A DNA stretch of 64,000 nt from Antedon mediterranea (taxonomy: Eukaryota; Animalia; Echinodermata): contig NC_092674.1 in NCBI RefSeq assembly GCF_964355755.1, positions 5,890,001-5,954,000 of the forward strand, read 5' to 3'. Position 1 is the stretch's first letter. Every line of letters begins with the position of its first letter. A program made the position numbers and the translations under genes. Positions 49,946-62,275 of this stretch are shown here, one piece after another. The notes beneath the pieces are model-generated. The model was not told the origin of the DNA, ran no database searches, and saw only the letters and a program-made list of their open reading frames with translations.

Positions 49946-50984
49946 AAAACATTTTTTAAATATAATCCTTAAGCTTTGTCTATACTATCAAACTAAATAT
50001 GATGTGCCCATATTATATAGACATGACGATGTCATATCACTACGATATTCGGGCATATCACTAGCATATTTGGGCACATCACACTTTTTTTGTTAAACTA
50101 GTTGGGACAGTGTAGACACAGAACTATGTGATCGAAACATAAGTCGGAATTGGACTGACGCGATTGATTTAATTGGGTATTTTTATTAATGTAATGATTC
50201 ATTAAAAACTATAATACCGATACGCGTTTGGTATTGATCAATGGTGCAAAAAACCCTGAGAAATAATGTTATAACGCGATTTGGTGATAGCTTAGCAATA
50301 ATACAACCCATATACTATTATTATAAATACCTATTACAAATCCATTCATATAACTTTGATCGCGAACCGAAAATGTATAAATGTTACTCTACAGACAGTA
50401 ATTATATATTCAAAAGCCATATTATTATTATTATCAATACTTAAATGCGATAGTAATAACCACATACATTATTCCCAATACAAGTTTGTGCGTTTAATTC
50501 TAGAAAGAAACGACTGTGCTGACAGGCCAATGACATAAATCACAAGTAAAGTCCCAATTGTTCACTTGCGTTTTGATTGGCCGACCTATTATATTAGATT
50601 AATGAAGACTGTTCTTACAACTGCCCAGTCAAAAAGTTACGCGGCGTTTTTTGTAAGAAATATTTCTTGTTTAGATATATAACCACATGTACAAATGAAT
50701 TGATTACTGTGTGTGTGGGTACAGTTAGATATATAAACACATTAATATACAAATACACTTTAATACTGACAGTTGCTTCTCAACGTTTGTATTAATTAAT
50801 AATTACAAAAAAATATAAACGTCATAGTGGTGTATCGTTACATGTACTATTTCAATCGACTATGACAGTGACAGTTTTAACAAATTATTAAATCGCAAAT
50901 GTTTTACTGTATTTATTGGTATATTATTTATAGGCCTATAAAACATGAAAACAAATTTTGTTAGTGAATGGATACAAAATATAT

Positions 50985-51500
50985 TTAAGGCAGAACAGAA
51001 GAAGTGATTCGCTTCTTTTTAAAGATTTACAAAATCGTTGTTGAGTTTGATTAAAGTACTTATTGGCAAAAACTACAGCAATAATCATGGTAGATTTGTA
51101 AATCAACAGCGCAAATACTTGTATGGTACCAAATGTATCATATTGGATAAAGGTATACAATTCTGTCATACCTATAATAAAAACAGATGGTAGTAAGATA
51201 AATACTACCAGTTATTGTTGGTATTGTTTGTTGTGCGTTTGCTTATTCTGTCGTGTGGAATAGCGGTCATTTTGTGTGGTGTTCTGCAGCGCTTTCTAAC
51301 GGGATTTTTGTAAAAATTGTTGGCTGTAGGTCTGTACGTACTTCCTACCATCCTTGTGCGTTTGGTGTATTTCTGTCTTTGGGATGCAAACTCATCCAAT
51401 AGTGCAGCAGAATACTTGCACACACAATATTATACTCTTTTGAAAATGGTTGAGGACTGCTCAAGAATGTACGTAAAGGAGTTTGGATGTTATCGTTGCA
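50985..51500 (-). pseudogene. Otopetrin-like type C internal fragment with frameshifts
   Basis: Nearly identical to 52979-53450 (RTRMVGSTYRPTANNF, MTELYTFIQYDTFG...RSESLLL). Confidence 0.8.
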
Positions 51501-52359
51501 CCATAGGCTTATTGTTATTTGATATATTCACTGGCAGACAATCTATTTCTTGGTATTGTTGCCTTTCTATTTCCAAGAGAAGACACTATTATTCTTAGCT
51601 CTTAATCTACACCATACAACTAACACTGTAATTATTTCCTGTAGTTTGAAACTATACAGTACAGTATTGTACATTGAATACAATCCGGCCCAATGTGTTT
51701 TTAATGTATAGAGTGTAGGTATGCCCTGAAGAATGGGTATACTAAGGTTATTTCCCAAAAATTTCGTAGTTTTCGTTTCCAAACATACAATAGGCTTACA
51801 GTTGTTTACTCTAAAAAGTTGAAAAACATAAGAAGATATCTACTTTATATAGCATAGTGTTAAAAGATCATACGAAAATTCTACTGCTGTATAAACAAAT
51901 AACTATTTATACAAGGCATGAACAATAAATGCTAAAAAACAACGTATAACAATGTAGGCTACATGCCTTTAGTCTAGATTTAAAGCTGATGTGTTTATAT
52001 GGAACAGGCTATACGTCTTGTACCATTCGGAGTAAAATGCAATTGTAGCATAAAAAATAAATATAAACACATAATATAATATAAACAAGGCCATTACATG
52101 GCTGTAGTCGCGTGCTCAAGTTAGTGTTTACCGACCAACCGACCGACCAACCAACTGACCGGCATAGTGATCTGTAGAGTCGCGTTGCACGTGACTAAAA
52201 ATAATAAACTTTTTAGAAAGGCCCCTTAGTGATTGTTCGTTCTTGCCAGAATTAAGAAAATAATAATCAAGAACTGCTGCTTATAATCACAATGAGAATA
52301 TTGATATTAATTGTTAAAAATAAACATAATTTAAACTAATATTTATACTAGAATGTTAG

Positions 52360-53900
52360 TCAATTCTTCAAAGATTTACTGGCTTGGTAGAGTAAATCTA
52401 CCGAAGTGAATCGATAATACGCGGCAAGAGGGCGGAAAGTGATGTAAACAATATCCATAGTTTTTCCGAACATAAAATAATTTGTATCAAAATAGCATGA
52501 TTTAGAGTCAGGAGACACAACTATATTACTCAACCATAGAGTGGCATTAATTATTATTAAATACTTTAAACAACGACGAATGACAACTTTAGCGTCATTA
52601 TCAATACTCCTAATTCGTCGAATTTTTAGGATGAGCATTGTTTGCAGACTTGTTTGTACTAAGCTAATAACTGCCAGTAAAATGAGACCGAACTGTCTTG
52701 CTATCCTTTGATTAATTTGAAATTCATTGATATCCACCTTCTGCGCCGATAGATTTTGGAAATCTGCTATTAATTTTCCAGCTGCAGAAACTCCGCCACA
52801 GCAGCTCAACACATATACACCGATTAGGCAGAAGAGAAGAAGTGATTCGCTTCGGCTTAAGGACTTAGGACTAGACAATTGTTGAGTTTTGTTAAGGTAT
52901 TTTTTGGCCAGTACTACAGTAATAACCATTGTAGATTTGTAAATTAAATTACAATTAAAAATTGTTCCTCTTTGTTAGAAGAAGTGATTCGCTTCTTTTT
53001 AAAGATTTACAAAATCGTTGTTGAGTTTGATTAAAGTACTTATTGGCAAAAACTACAGCAATAATCATGGTAGATTTGTAAATCAACAGCGCAAATACTT
53101 GAATGGTACCAAATGTATCATATTGGATAAAGGTATACAATTCTGTCATACCTATAATAAATACAGATGGTAGTAAGATAAATACTGCCAGTTTGTTAGT
53201 ATTGTTTGTTGTGCGATGGCTTATTCTGTCGTGTGGAATAGCGGTCATTTTGTGTGGTGTTCTGCAGCGCTTTCTAACGGGATTTTTGTAAAAATTGTTG
53301 GCTGTAGGTCTGTACGTACTTCCTACCATCCTTGTGCGTGTGGCTGTATTTCTGTCTTTGGGATGCAAACTCATCCAATAGTGCAGCAGAATACTCGCAC
53401 CCACAATATTATACCCTTTTGAAAATGGTTGAAGACTGTTAAAGACTGTACGTAGAGGAGTTTGAATTTGATCGTAGAACAGTAAGACCTTATCGTTCAT
53501 ATTTGACATATTATTTGGTGTCCAATCCAGTTCCTGATATCCCGATGGTATTCCACTTACAGCATAACTTTCTTTTCCGACACTATCTATCCAGCTGATA
53601 ATATTCGAAGACATCGTAAAGATGAGTGCATATTGGAGAAAAGTACAGTTTTTGAAAGAGGTGCCTTTGAAACATCTGAAGAACGCCATTGTGAAAAACA
53701 CTTCTCGATATTTATCTATACCTCTAGATAGTAAAGGGACACACATTCCAGTAAGTACAATATGCGTCACTGATAGAATGATGTTTAAGGTACCAAATAT
53801 ATAAACGCTGACAAGAGGTTCAGAGACGTTTTCGAACTTAATCTCCTCTGGTGGCGGACAATCTTCTAAGAGGAGTGGTTGACGTTCATCACTAGGTAGC
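52360..53900 (-). pseudogene. Otopetrin-like type C, 5'-truncated and chimeric
   Basis: Homology ends at 53900 against a Helentron-like fragment; in-frame deletion in TM3 (REVFFTMAFF); break at ~52945-52978 where LIYKSTM..RSESLLL is repeated from a second paralogue. Confidence 0.8.
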
Positions 53901-54073
53901 TGACCTTGACCTATGACATTTCCCTCTCAAAATCGAACTCGTCCGAGCTTTTGGGGCATAGATCATTGTGGCCAAATTTGGTGAGAATCGGATAAAAACT
54001 ATGGCCTCCAGACTGTTCACAGACAGACACACAAACATACAGGGGTGAAAATATAACCTCCTTGGCGGAGGTA
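53901..54073 (+). mobile_element. Truncated copy of the Helentron-associated element at 58375-58933
   Basis: TGACCTTGACCTATGAC...ACAGACAGACACAC...AACCTCCTTGGCGGAGGT. Confidence 0.7.
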
Positions 54074-54803
54074 AATATCATAATAAATAGAAACTAGTCA
54101 GATGAATCTTATGACCTTTGAAGCTAAGCTTTAAACACTCCATTTATTATTGACCAAGTTTGATTGAAATCAAATTTCCATTTGTAAGACTAACCCACTA
54201 TCCATAATTATTTAAAAAAAATTTACATAATTACGTTATTATTACATTGTTATTACATTAATATTACATCACAAACTACACAAACACATAGTACAAGTCG
54301 TAAAACCTCTTCACCACGAGATCACGTGACCATCAGTAGCCTACATTTAGTTATACCAGGGAGTTGAACTCCCTGGTTATACAATTCCAATGTTTTGGCA
54401 TTCCTTTTTAATTGAGTATAACATTTATTAGTGTAATACAGTAGTAGGCTTTTTATTTTACATTATTTACATTTTTTGTAATGGTATATAGTAGTTTGAT
54501 TTAGTATAGTTTTAGTATACTTTGTCAAAAAGGACCCTAATATATCAGCTGTCATGCAGATCCTAAATAAAGTTAAACCTAACATTTTAAAAACTTCATT
54601 ATTATTACTACATTACGTAAGAGCTATACACAAACACATACAAGTCGTAAAACCTGTTTACCGAGATCACGCATATAATGACCACCAGTACACTTAGTTA
54701 TACCAGGGAGTTGAACTATATCAGCTGTCATTCAGATCTTAAATAAAGTTAAATTTTTGTTAAACCTAACATTTTAAAAATTACATTTATTTACTTTGTA
54801 GTA

Positions 54804-56693
54804 CTACTTCAAAAGCTTGTAGATTTGGTAAAGCAAACTTACACTAATAAATCGAATGTATGCAGCAAGCGGGTAAACAAATATGTTAATAACAAAAATA
54901 GACTTTCCAAAAACGACATCGTTTTGGTCAGATGAGTAAATTTCAGAACCTGGAGAAAAGTATGCATTGCCTAACCAGTGAGCGGCATTAGCTATCATTA
55001 AATAAATCAAACAACGGCGAATGATAACTTTAGAATGATCGTCCATGCTCCTAGCCCTTCGAGATTTCAGGATTAACATTGTCTGGCGGCTTAGTTGAAC
55101 TATGTTAACAACTGCCATTACAAACAGACCGATCCCTCTAGTTAGATTGTAATCAACTTCCGATGTATCCATTTCAAATTTCTCTGTAAGATTCTGGACA
55201 TCTATTATTACATTACTAGTTGCAGCTATACCATCACAGCAACTTATCACAAATATGCCGACTAGGCAGAAGAGAAGTAGTCGTTCGCTTCTGCTTAGCG
55301 ACTTGCATAGTTTTATTGGAGTTTTATTACTGTGCTTTTTGCCAACTTCTGTTGCTATAAGCATGGTGAATTTGTAAATTAACAAACCAAATATTTCTAT
55401 GGTACTGACACTGTGACTATGTGGGATTAGATTAAACAACTCTGACATACCTATCGTTGCTACGCATAGTAATATTATTCCTATGATTACAACACAGTGA
55501 ATACATTTAATTTTGCCTCTTGTCGTCAATTCCGTGGACTGTCCATGATCTATGTATTCGGTGTTACTAGCGGTTATGTATTGTGTTCTATTACGTAATT
55601 GTGACCAGCTAACGCGATAACTTTGAACTTCTACTATGTCTCTAACGTTTTCGTTTATAGGCCTACCATCTAGTATGTTTCCACTTCTGTCGTTCGAATG
55701 CAAATTCGTCCAGTAGTGTAGCAAAATGCTTACAGCCAAAATGTTATACTCTTTGGAAAACGATTGGCAAATTCTCAATAGCGTCTGCATCGGAGAAGAA
55801 TCTACCATTAACTGACTGTAACACCAAGCAACAATATCTTTGCTATCTGTTGTATTTGCTGGCTGTACATTTATCAATGGCCAAGTCATTTCATGGTATT
55901 CGTCTTTTATTTCCTCTGCCGTACTTGACATCAAACAAAGAATATTCGCAGACATTGTTAAAGTGAACGCATATTGGAACAAAGAAGAGTTTCTGAAGGA
56001 GGCACTTTTAAAACATCGGAAGAATGCTATCTGGATACAGGTGAAAAACACTTGAAAACAGTTGTATATTATATAAATAATCTCTTGATATTTATCTATG
56101 TCGCACATTCCAATCAATGTAATGTATATAAGTGATTGAAAAATATTGCAAATACCAAACAAATAAACACCCGCAATAGGTTCAGAAGAGGTTTCTCTGC
56201 TTATATCTTGTGCGGGATGCTGACCTGACAAGAGTAGTGGTCTACGTTCATCATTACAGAACACATGTCCTTCAGGATTTCGGATAATTTCTACCTTTTT
56301 TCGCAGAATATATATCATCATTGTCATTGAAATAGAGTAATTAGTAATACTAATCCAATCCAAAATGTGCCTATGTACAGCATATTGTCCGTTACTATAA
56401 AGAGCAAACAGAAAAGCAATGTAAAATGAAATAATGCAGAAAAATACAATCAACGATGAAACCTGACCATCTTCAACAAAACTGATATCACTTGTGATGG
56501 TGGTTACTTCATAATTTCTTTCCAAATCAGTTAAAATGTTTCCATTTGGTGTTGCAGTTCCATTGGAAGAAGACGACATATTTTCCAGGTCAGGCCAGCA
56601 ATCAGTTAAAATGTTTCCATTTTGTGTTGAAGTTTCATTTGGAGATTGGTCTTTCCTTCTGTCTTCTGCTGTTCCATCGGAAGAAGACGACAT
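54804..56693 (-). CDS. Otopetrin-like type B copy 2 (629 aa, intact, intronless)
   Basis: Uninterrupted ORF; FTCIQIAFF, FSKEYNILAVSILLHYW, QLSRQTMLIL, YLMIANAAHW, YPLAAYIRFIS; lacks 5 aa (ESVTR) present in copies 1 and 3. Confidence 0.8.
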   Translation of the reverse strand: MSSSSDGTAEDRRKDQSPNETSTQNGNILTDCWPDLENMSSSSNGTATPNGNILTDLERNYEVTTITSDISFVEDGQVSSLIVFFCIISFYIAFLFALYSNGQYAVHRHILDWISITNYSISMTMMIYILRKKVEIIRNPEGHVFCNDERRPLLLSGQHPAQDISRETSSEPIAGVYLFGICNIFQSLIYITLIGMCDIDKYQEIIYIIYNCFQVFFTCIQIAFFRCFKSASFRNSSLFQYAFTLTMSANILCLMSSTAEEIKDEYHEMTWPLINVQPANTTDSKDIVAWCYSQLMVDSSPMQTLLRICQSFSKEYNILAVSILLHYWTNLHSNDRSGNILDGRPINENVRDIVEVQSYRVSWSQLRNRTQYITASNTEYIDHGQSTELTTRGKIKCIHCVVIIGIILLCVATIGMSELFNLIPHSHSVSTIEIFGLLIYKFTMLIATEVGKKHSNKTPIKLCKSLSRSERLLLFCLVGIFVISCCDGIAATSNVIIDVQNLTEKFEMDTSEVDYNLTRGIGLFVMAVVNIVQLSRQTMLILKSRRARSMDDHSKVIIRRCLIYLMIANAAHWLGNAYFSPGSEIYSSDQNDVVFGKSIFVINIFVYPLAAYIRFISVSLLYQIYKLLK

Positions 56694-57520
56694 ATTTTCC
56701 AGGTCAGACCAGAATTCCGTTCAGATTGAAATAAAGTCCGTCTCGGTATGTAATATCTCGATAATTTGCTTGTGTTATTCTTAGTCTCATTGGCTGTACA
56801 GTAAAATCAATCATAAATTCATGCATTGTTTCTTCCTCATTGATTTACAGTTGACCACATTTCAATGTTATTCCAAATCATTAAGTATTATTTCCTATTT
56901 CTTCCTATCGGTACTCACATAGACTTTCCCCAAGTTTTTCTTTTATTTTCAAGACACGTCATTATCTGTTGAGTGTCCATTCCCAAGAGACATGTTAGAT
57001 TGTCGCTTCTTTTCCACATTAGGCAGGTGTTCACTTATATTTCCATTTTCTGTTGCCTTTCCATTTCCAAGTGAAGACATTATTATTCTTAGCTTCTTAT
57101 TCTTCTCAATCTACACACCATATAACTGACACTGTAATTATTTCCTGTAGTTTGAAACTAGTACAGTATTGTACATTATTTGTATAGAATACAAAGAATG
57201 GGTATACTAAGGTTATTTCCCAATTTCGTCATTAGATCTATCATTGATTGATTGATTGAATTTTACGGTTGATTGAAATTTCGTAGTTTTCGTTTCCAAT
57301 CATACAATATGCTTACAGTTATTTTATGTACTCCAAAAAGTTGAAAAACATAATAAGACGTCTACTTTAAATAGCATTAGTGTTAAAAGATCATTCGAAA
57401 ATTCTACTGCTGTATAAACAAATAACTATTTCTATAAGGCATGAACAATGAATGTTAAAAAATAACGTATAACAATGTAGGCTACGTGCCTTTAGATATA
57501 ATGCTGGTGTGTCTATATGG

Positions 57521-58336
57521 TTAACCAAATGTATCATATTGGATAAAGGTATAGAATTCTGTCATACCTATAATAAATACAGATGGTAGAAAAATAAATA
57601 CTGTCAATGTTATCCATTGACAGCAGTTATAGTTAGTATTGCTTACTTTGCGTTCTTCTGGCATAGCGGTGCTCGTGCGAACTGTTCTGCAGCGCCTTCC
57701 AACGTGATTTCTGTTTTCGTAGCTGGTGGTTGTAGTTCCGTACGTAGGCCTAATTCCTACCATCCTTGTGCGTGTGACTTTACTGTCGTCGGGATGCAAA
57801 CTCATCCAATAGTGCAGCAGATTACTCGCACCCATAACATTATACGCTTTCAAAAATGGTTGAAGACTGCTCAAGAATGTACGTAGAGGAGTTTGAATTT
57901 TATCGTTGCACAGTAAGACCTTATCGTTCATATTTGACATATTATTTGGTGTCCAATCCAGTTCCTGATATTCCACTGGTATTCCACTTACAGCATAACT
58001 TTCTTTTCCGACACTATCTATCCAGCTGATAATATTCGAAGACATCGTAAAGATGAGTGCATATTGGAGAAAAGTACAGTTTTTGAAAGAGGTGCCTTTG
58101 AAACATCTGAAGAACGCCATTGTGAAAAACACTTCTCGATATTTATCTATACCTCTAGATATTAAAGGGACACACATTCCAGTAAGTACAATATGCGTCA
58201 CTGATAGAATGATGTTTAAGGTACCAAATATATAAACGCTGACAAGAGGTTCAGAGACGTTTTCGGACTTAATCTCCTCTGGTGGCGGACAATCTTCTAA
58301 GAGGAGTGGTTGACGTTCATCACTAGGTAGCGACTG
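57521..58336 (-). pseudogene. Otopetrin-like type C fragment truncated at both ends
   Basis: Near-identical to 53450-53900 with the same TM3 deletion; ends at QYDTFG*. Confidence 0.8.
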
Positions 58337-58374
58337 GTTATTCCGATAGCTGGCTTAACTAAAACAACCTACCA

Positions 58375-58933
58375 ACTAGAGGGTACTCCGAGAGTACAAA
58401 CCTCCGCCTACTGTAAAATTCTCCTACATAAAATGTCCCCGGAAAATATATATATACTTTTTTTACATTTTTTTTATTAGCTCTAAGTGTAAATACGCTA
58501 AATGCAAACTACAAAGTTGTGGATGAGAGTTTGGTGTAATGGTTATGTATCCAGCCTCTCATAGTTGAGATCGCTGGTTCAAGTCCCGCTGAATTTTTTT
58601 TAAATTATTTTTTTATTTCTTTTTTTTTGTGGACCTTGATCTTTGACCCTGACCCTTCAAAATTTAACCACAAGAGTCATTGATCATTGTGGCTAGGTTT
58701 GGTGAGAATCGGATAAAAACTGTGGTCTCTAGCAGTAAAATAGTTTTTTGTTAGTTGTGACCTTGACCTATGACCTTTCCCCTCAAAATCGAACTCGTCC
58801 GAGCTTTTGGGGCATAGATCATTGTGGCCAAATTTGGTGAGAATCTGATAAAAACTGTGGCCTCCAGACTGTTCACAGACAGACAGACACACAAACATAG
58901 GGGTGAAAATATAACCTCTTTGGCGGAGGTAAA
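58375..58933 (+). mobile_element. Helentron-associated (HINE-like) element
   Basis: AACTAGA start, subterminal inverted ACCTCCGCC / GGCGGAGGT, TGACCTT motifs, (ACAG)n microsatellite, internal tRNA-like segment ~58532-58588. Confidence 0.7.
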
Positions 58934-59450
58934 TATAATAAATAGAAACTAGTCAGATAAATCTTATGACCGTTGAAGCTAAGCTTTAAACACTCCATTT
59001 ATTATTGACCAAGTTTGATTGAAATCAAATTTCCATTTGTAAGACTAACCTACTATCCATAATTATGTAAAATACAAATTTACATAATTACGTTATTATT
59101 ACATTAATATTACATCACAAACTACACAAACACATAGTACAAGTCGTAAAACCTCTTCACCACGAGATCACGTAACCATAAGTAGCCTACATTTAGTGAT
59201 ACCAGGGAGTTGAACTCCCTGGTTATACAATTCCAATGTTTTGGCATTCCTTTTTAATTGAGTATAACATTTATTAGTGTAATACAGGCTTTTTATTTTA
59301 CATTATTTACATTTTTTGTAATGGTATATAGTAGTTTGATTTAGTATAGTTTTAGTATACTTTGTCAAAAAGGACCCTAATATATCAGCTGTCATGCAGA
59401 TCGTGAATAAAGTTAGTTTTTTTTTTAATTCATCCATTCACTCTGTAGTA

Positions 59451-61394
59451 CTACTTCAAAAGCTTGTAGCTTTGGTAAAGCAAACCTACACTAATAAATC
59501 GAATGTATGCAGCAAGCGGGTAAAGGAATATGTTAATAACGAAAATAGACTTTCCAAAAACTACATCATTTTGGTCAGATGAATAAATTTGAGAACCTGG
59601 AGAAAAGTATGCATTGCCTAACCAGTGAGCGGCATTAGCTATCATTAAAACAATTAAACAACGACGAATGATAACTTTAGAATGATCGTCCATGCTCCTA
59701 GCCCTTCGAGATTTCAGGATTAACATTGTCTGGCGGCTTACTTGAACTATGTTAACAACTGCCATTACAAACAGACCGATCTCTCTAGTTAGATTGTAAT
59801 CAACTTCCGATGTATCCATTTGAAATGTCTCTGTAAGATTCTGGACATCTATTATTACATTACTAGTTGCAGCTATACCATCACAGCAACTTAGTACAAA
59901 TATGCCGATTAGACAAAAGAGAAGTAGTCGTTCGCTTCTGTTTAGCGACTTACATAGTTTTATTGGAGCTTTATTATAGTGCTTTTTGCCAACTTCTGTT
60001 GCTATAAGCATGGTGAATTTGTAAATTAACAAACCAAATATTTCTATGGTACTGACACTATGACTATGTGGGATTAGAATAAACAACTCTGACATACCTA
60101 TAGCTGCTACGCATAGTAATATTATTCCTATAATTGCAACACAGTGTATACATTTAATGTTGCCTCTTGTCGTCAATTCCGTGGACTGTCCATGGTCTAT
60201 GTATTCGGTGTTAATAGCGGTTATGTATTGTGTTCTATTACGTAATTGTAAACAGCTAGCGCGATCTCTTTGAACGTGTACTATGTCTCTAGCGTTTTCG
60301 TTTATAGGCCTACTATCTAGTATATTTCCACTTCTATCGTTCGAATGCAAATTCGTCCAGTAGTGTAGCAGAATGCTTACAGCCAAAATGTTATACTCTT
60401 TGGAAAACGATTGACAAATTCTCAACACCGTATGCATCGGAGAAGAATTTACCATTAACTGACTGTAACACCAAGCAACAACATCTTTGCTATCTTTTGT
60501 ATTTGCTGGCTGTACATTTATCAATGGCCAATTCATTTCATGGTATTCATCTTTTATTTCCTCTGCCATACTTGACATCAAACAAAGAATATTCGCAGAC
60601 ATTGTTAAAGTGAACGCATATTGGAACAAAGAAGAGTTTCTGAAGGAGGCACTTTTGAAACATCGGAAGAATGCTATCTGGATACAGGTGAAAAACACTT
60701 GTAAACAGTTGGATATTATATAAATAACTTCTTGATATTTATCTATGTCTCTAGTTACAGATTCGCACATTCCAATCAATGTAATGTATATAAGTGATTG
60801 AAAAATTTTGCAAATACCAAACAAATAAACACCCGCAATAGGTTCAGAAGAAGTTTCGCTGCTTATATCTTGTGCTGGATGCTGACCTGACAAGAGTAGT
60901 GGTCTACGTTCATCATTACAGAACACATGTCCTTCAGGATTTCAGATAATTTCTACCTTTTTTCGCAGAATATATATCATCATTGTCATTGGAATAGAGT
61001 AATTAGTAATACTAATCCAATCCAAAATGTGCCTATGTACAGCATATTGTCCATTACTGTAGAGAGCAAACAAAAAAGCAATGTAAAATGAAATAATGCA
61101 GAAAAATACAATCAACGATGAAACCTGACCATCTTCAACAAAACTGATATCACTTGTGATGGTAGTTACTTCATAATTTCTTTCCAAATTAGTTAAAATG
61201 TTTCCATTTTCTGTTGCAGTTCCATTTGGTGATTGATCTTTCCTTCTGTCTTCTGCTATTCCATGGGAAGAAGACGACATATTTTCCAGGTCAGGCAAGC
61301 AATCAGTTAAAATGTTTCCATTTTCTATTGCAGAACCAGTTGGAGATCGGTCTTCCCTTCTGTCTTCTGCTGTTCCATTGGAAGAAGACGACAT
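59451..61394 (-). pseudogene. Otopetrin-like type B copy 3, single in-frame CGA>TGA at 60942-60944
   Basis: ORFs 60942-61394 and 59451-60926 are in the same frame; paralogues read EIIRNPEGH where this copy reads EII*NPEGH. Confidence 0.8.
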
Positions 61395-62275
61395 ATTTTC
61401 CAGGTCAGATCAGTTAAAATGTTTCCATTTTCTGTAGCAGTTTCATTTGGAGATTGGTTTTCACTTCTGTCTTTTGCTGTTTCATTGGAAGAAGACGACA
61501 TATTTTTTCAGGTCAGACAAGCAAACAGTTCAGAGAGAAATAAATATCCGTCTCGGTAATATCTCGATAATTTTCTTTTGTTATTCTTAGTCTCATTGCA
61601 GTGTTTTTTTCCTCATTGATTTACAGTTGACAACATATTTTTTTTATTCAGTATTATTTCCTGTTTCTTCCTATCGGTACTCACAAAGACTTTCACCAAT
61701 ATTTGTTTATATTATTTTGTCGATTACAGCTCAGTCTATTGTACCTATGACATGTATACAAAAAAACCTATGACACGCCGTATTAAGCCAAATCACGTCT
61801 CTAGTGATCGCTGCAGAATCTCGTGCGAGATTACAGAGGAACTAGAATTTACGTCTCTATTGTTGTTTTGATTGTTTGATCAGAGTTAAATTACTCTTCC
61901 CTGGTTTGATCGATTGAACGTGATCATTTTATGTTTAAAAACGCTTTGGTTGTTATTAGAAATAGCGAAAATTAAATCATAACAATAAGTCTATCAAAAC
62001 GATTGAGACAAATTTACTGTGGTGTGCCAACCTACATTGTGTCATACTTACGTCCGAAGGTAAACTTTACTAGCAAATATTTTACATTTGTGTATGCAAC
62101 TCGATTTTGTAATAATACAAACTTTCTATAAAGTTTCAAATGTTTTCTCATTTTTGCAGAATTACTCCATCAGAAAATGTAATTATGATTGAAATGATTA
62201 AAATTAGAAATCACATTTGATATTAAGATGCAATAAAAAACGTAAATTAATACTAAATCAAACAAGTCATTATAT

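Noticed and set aside
48949-50096. ORFs with repeated NWAYQQINT motifs
   Set aside because: Translation of non-coding ~57-bp tandem repeats that runs into a MITE.
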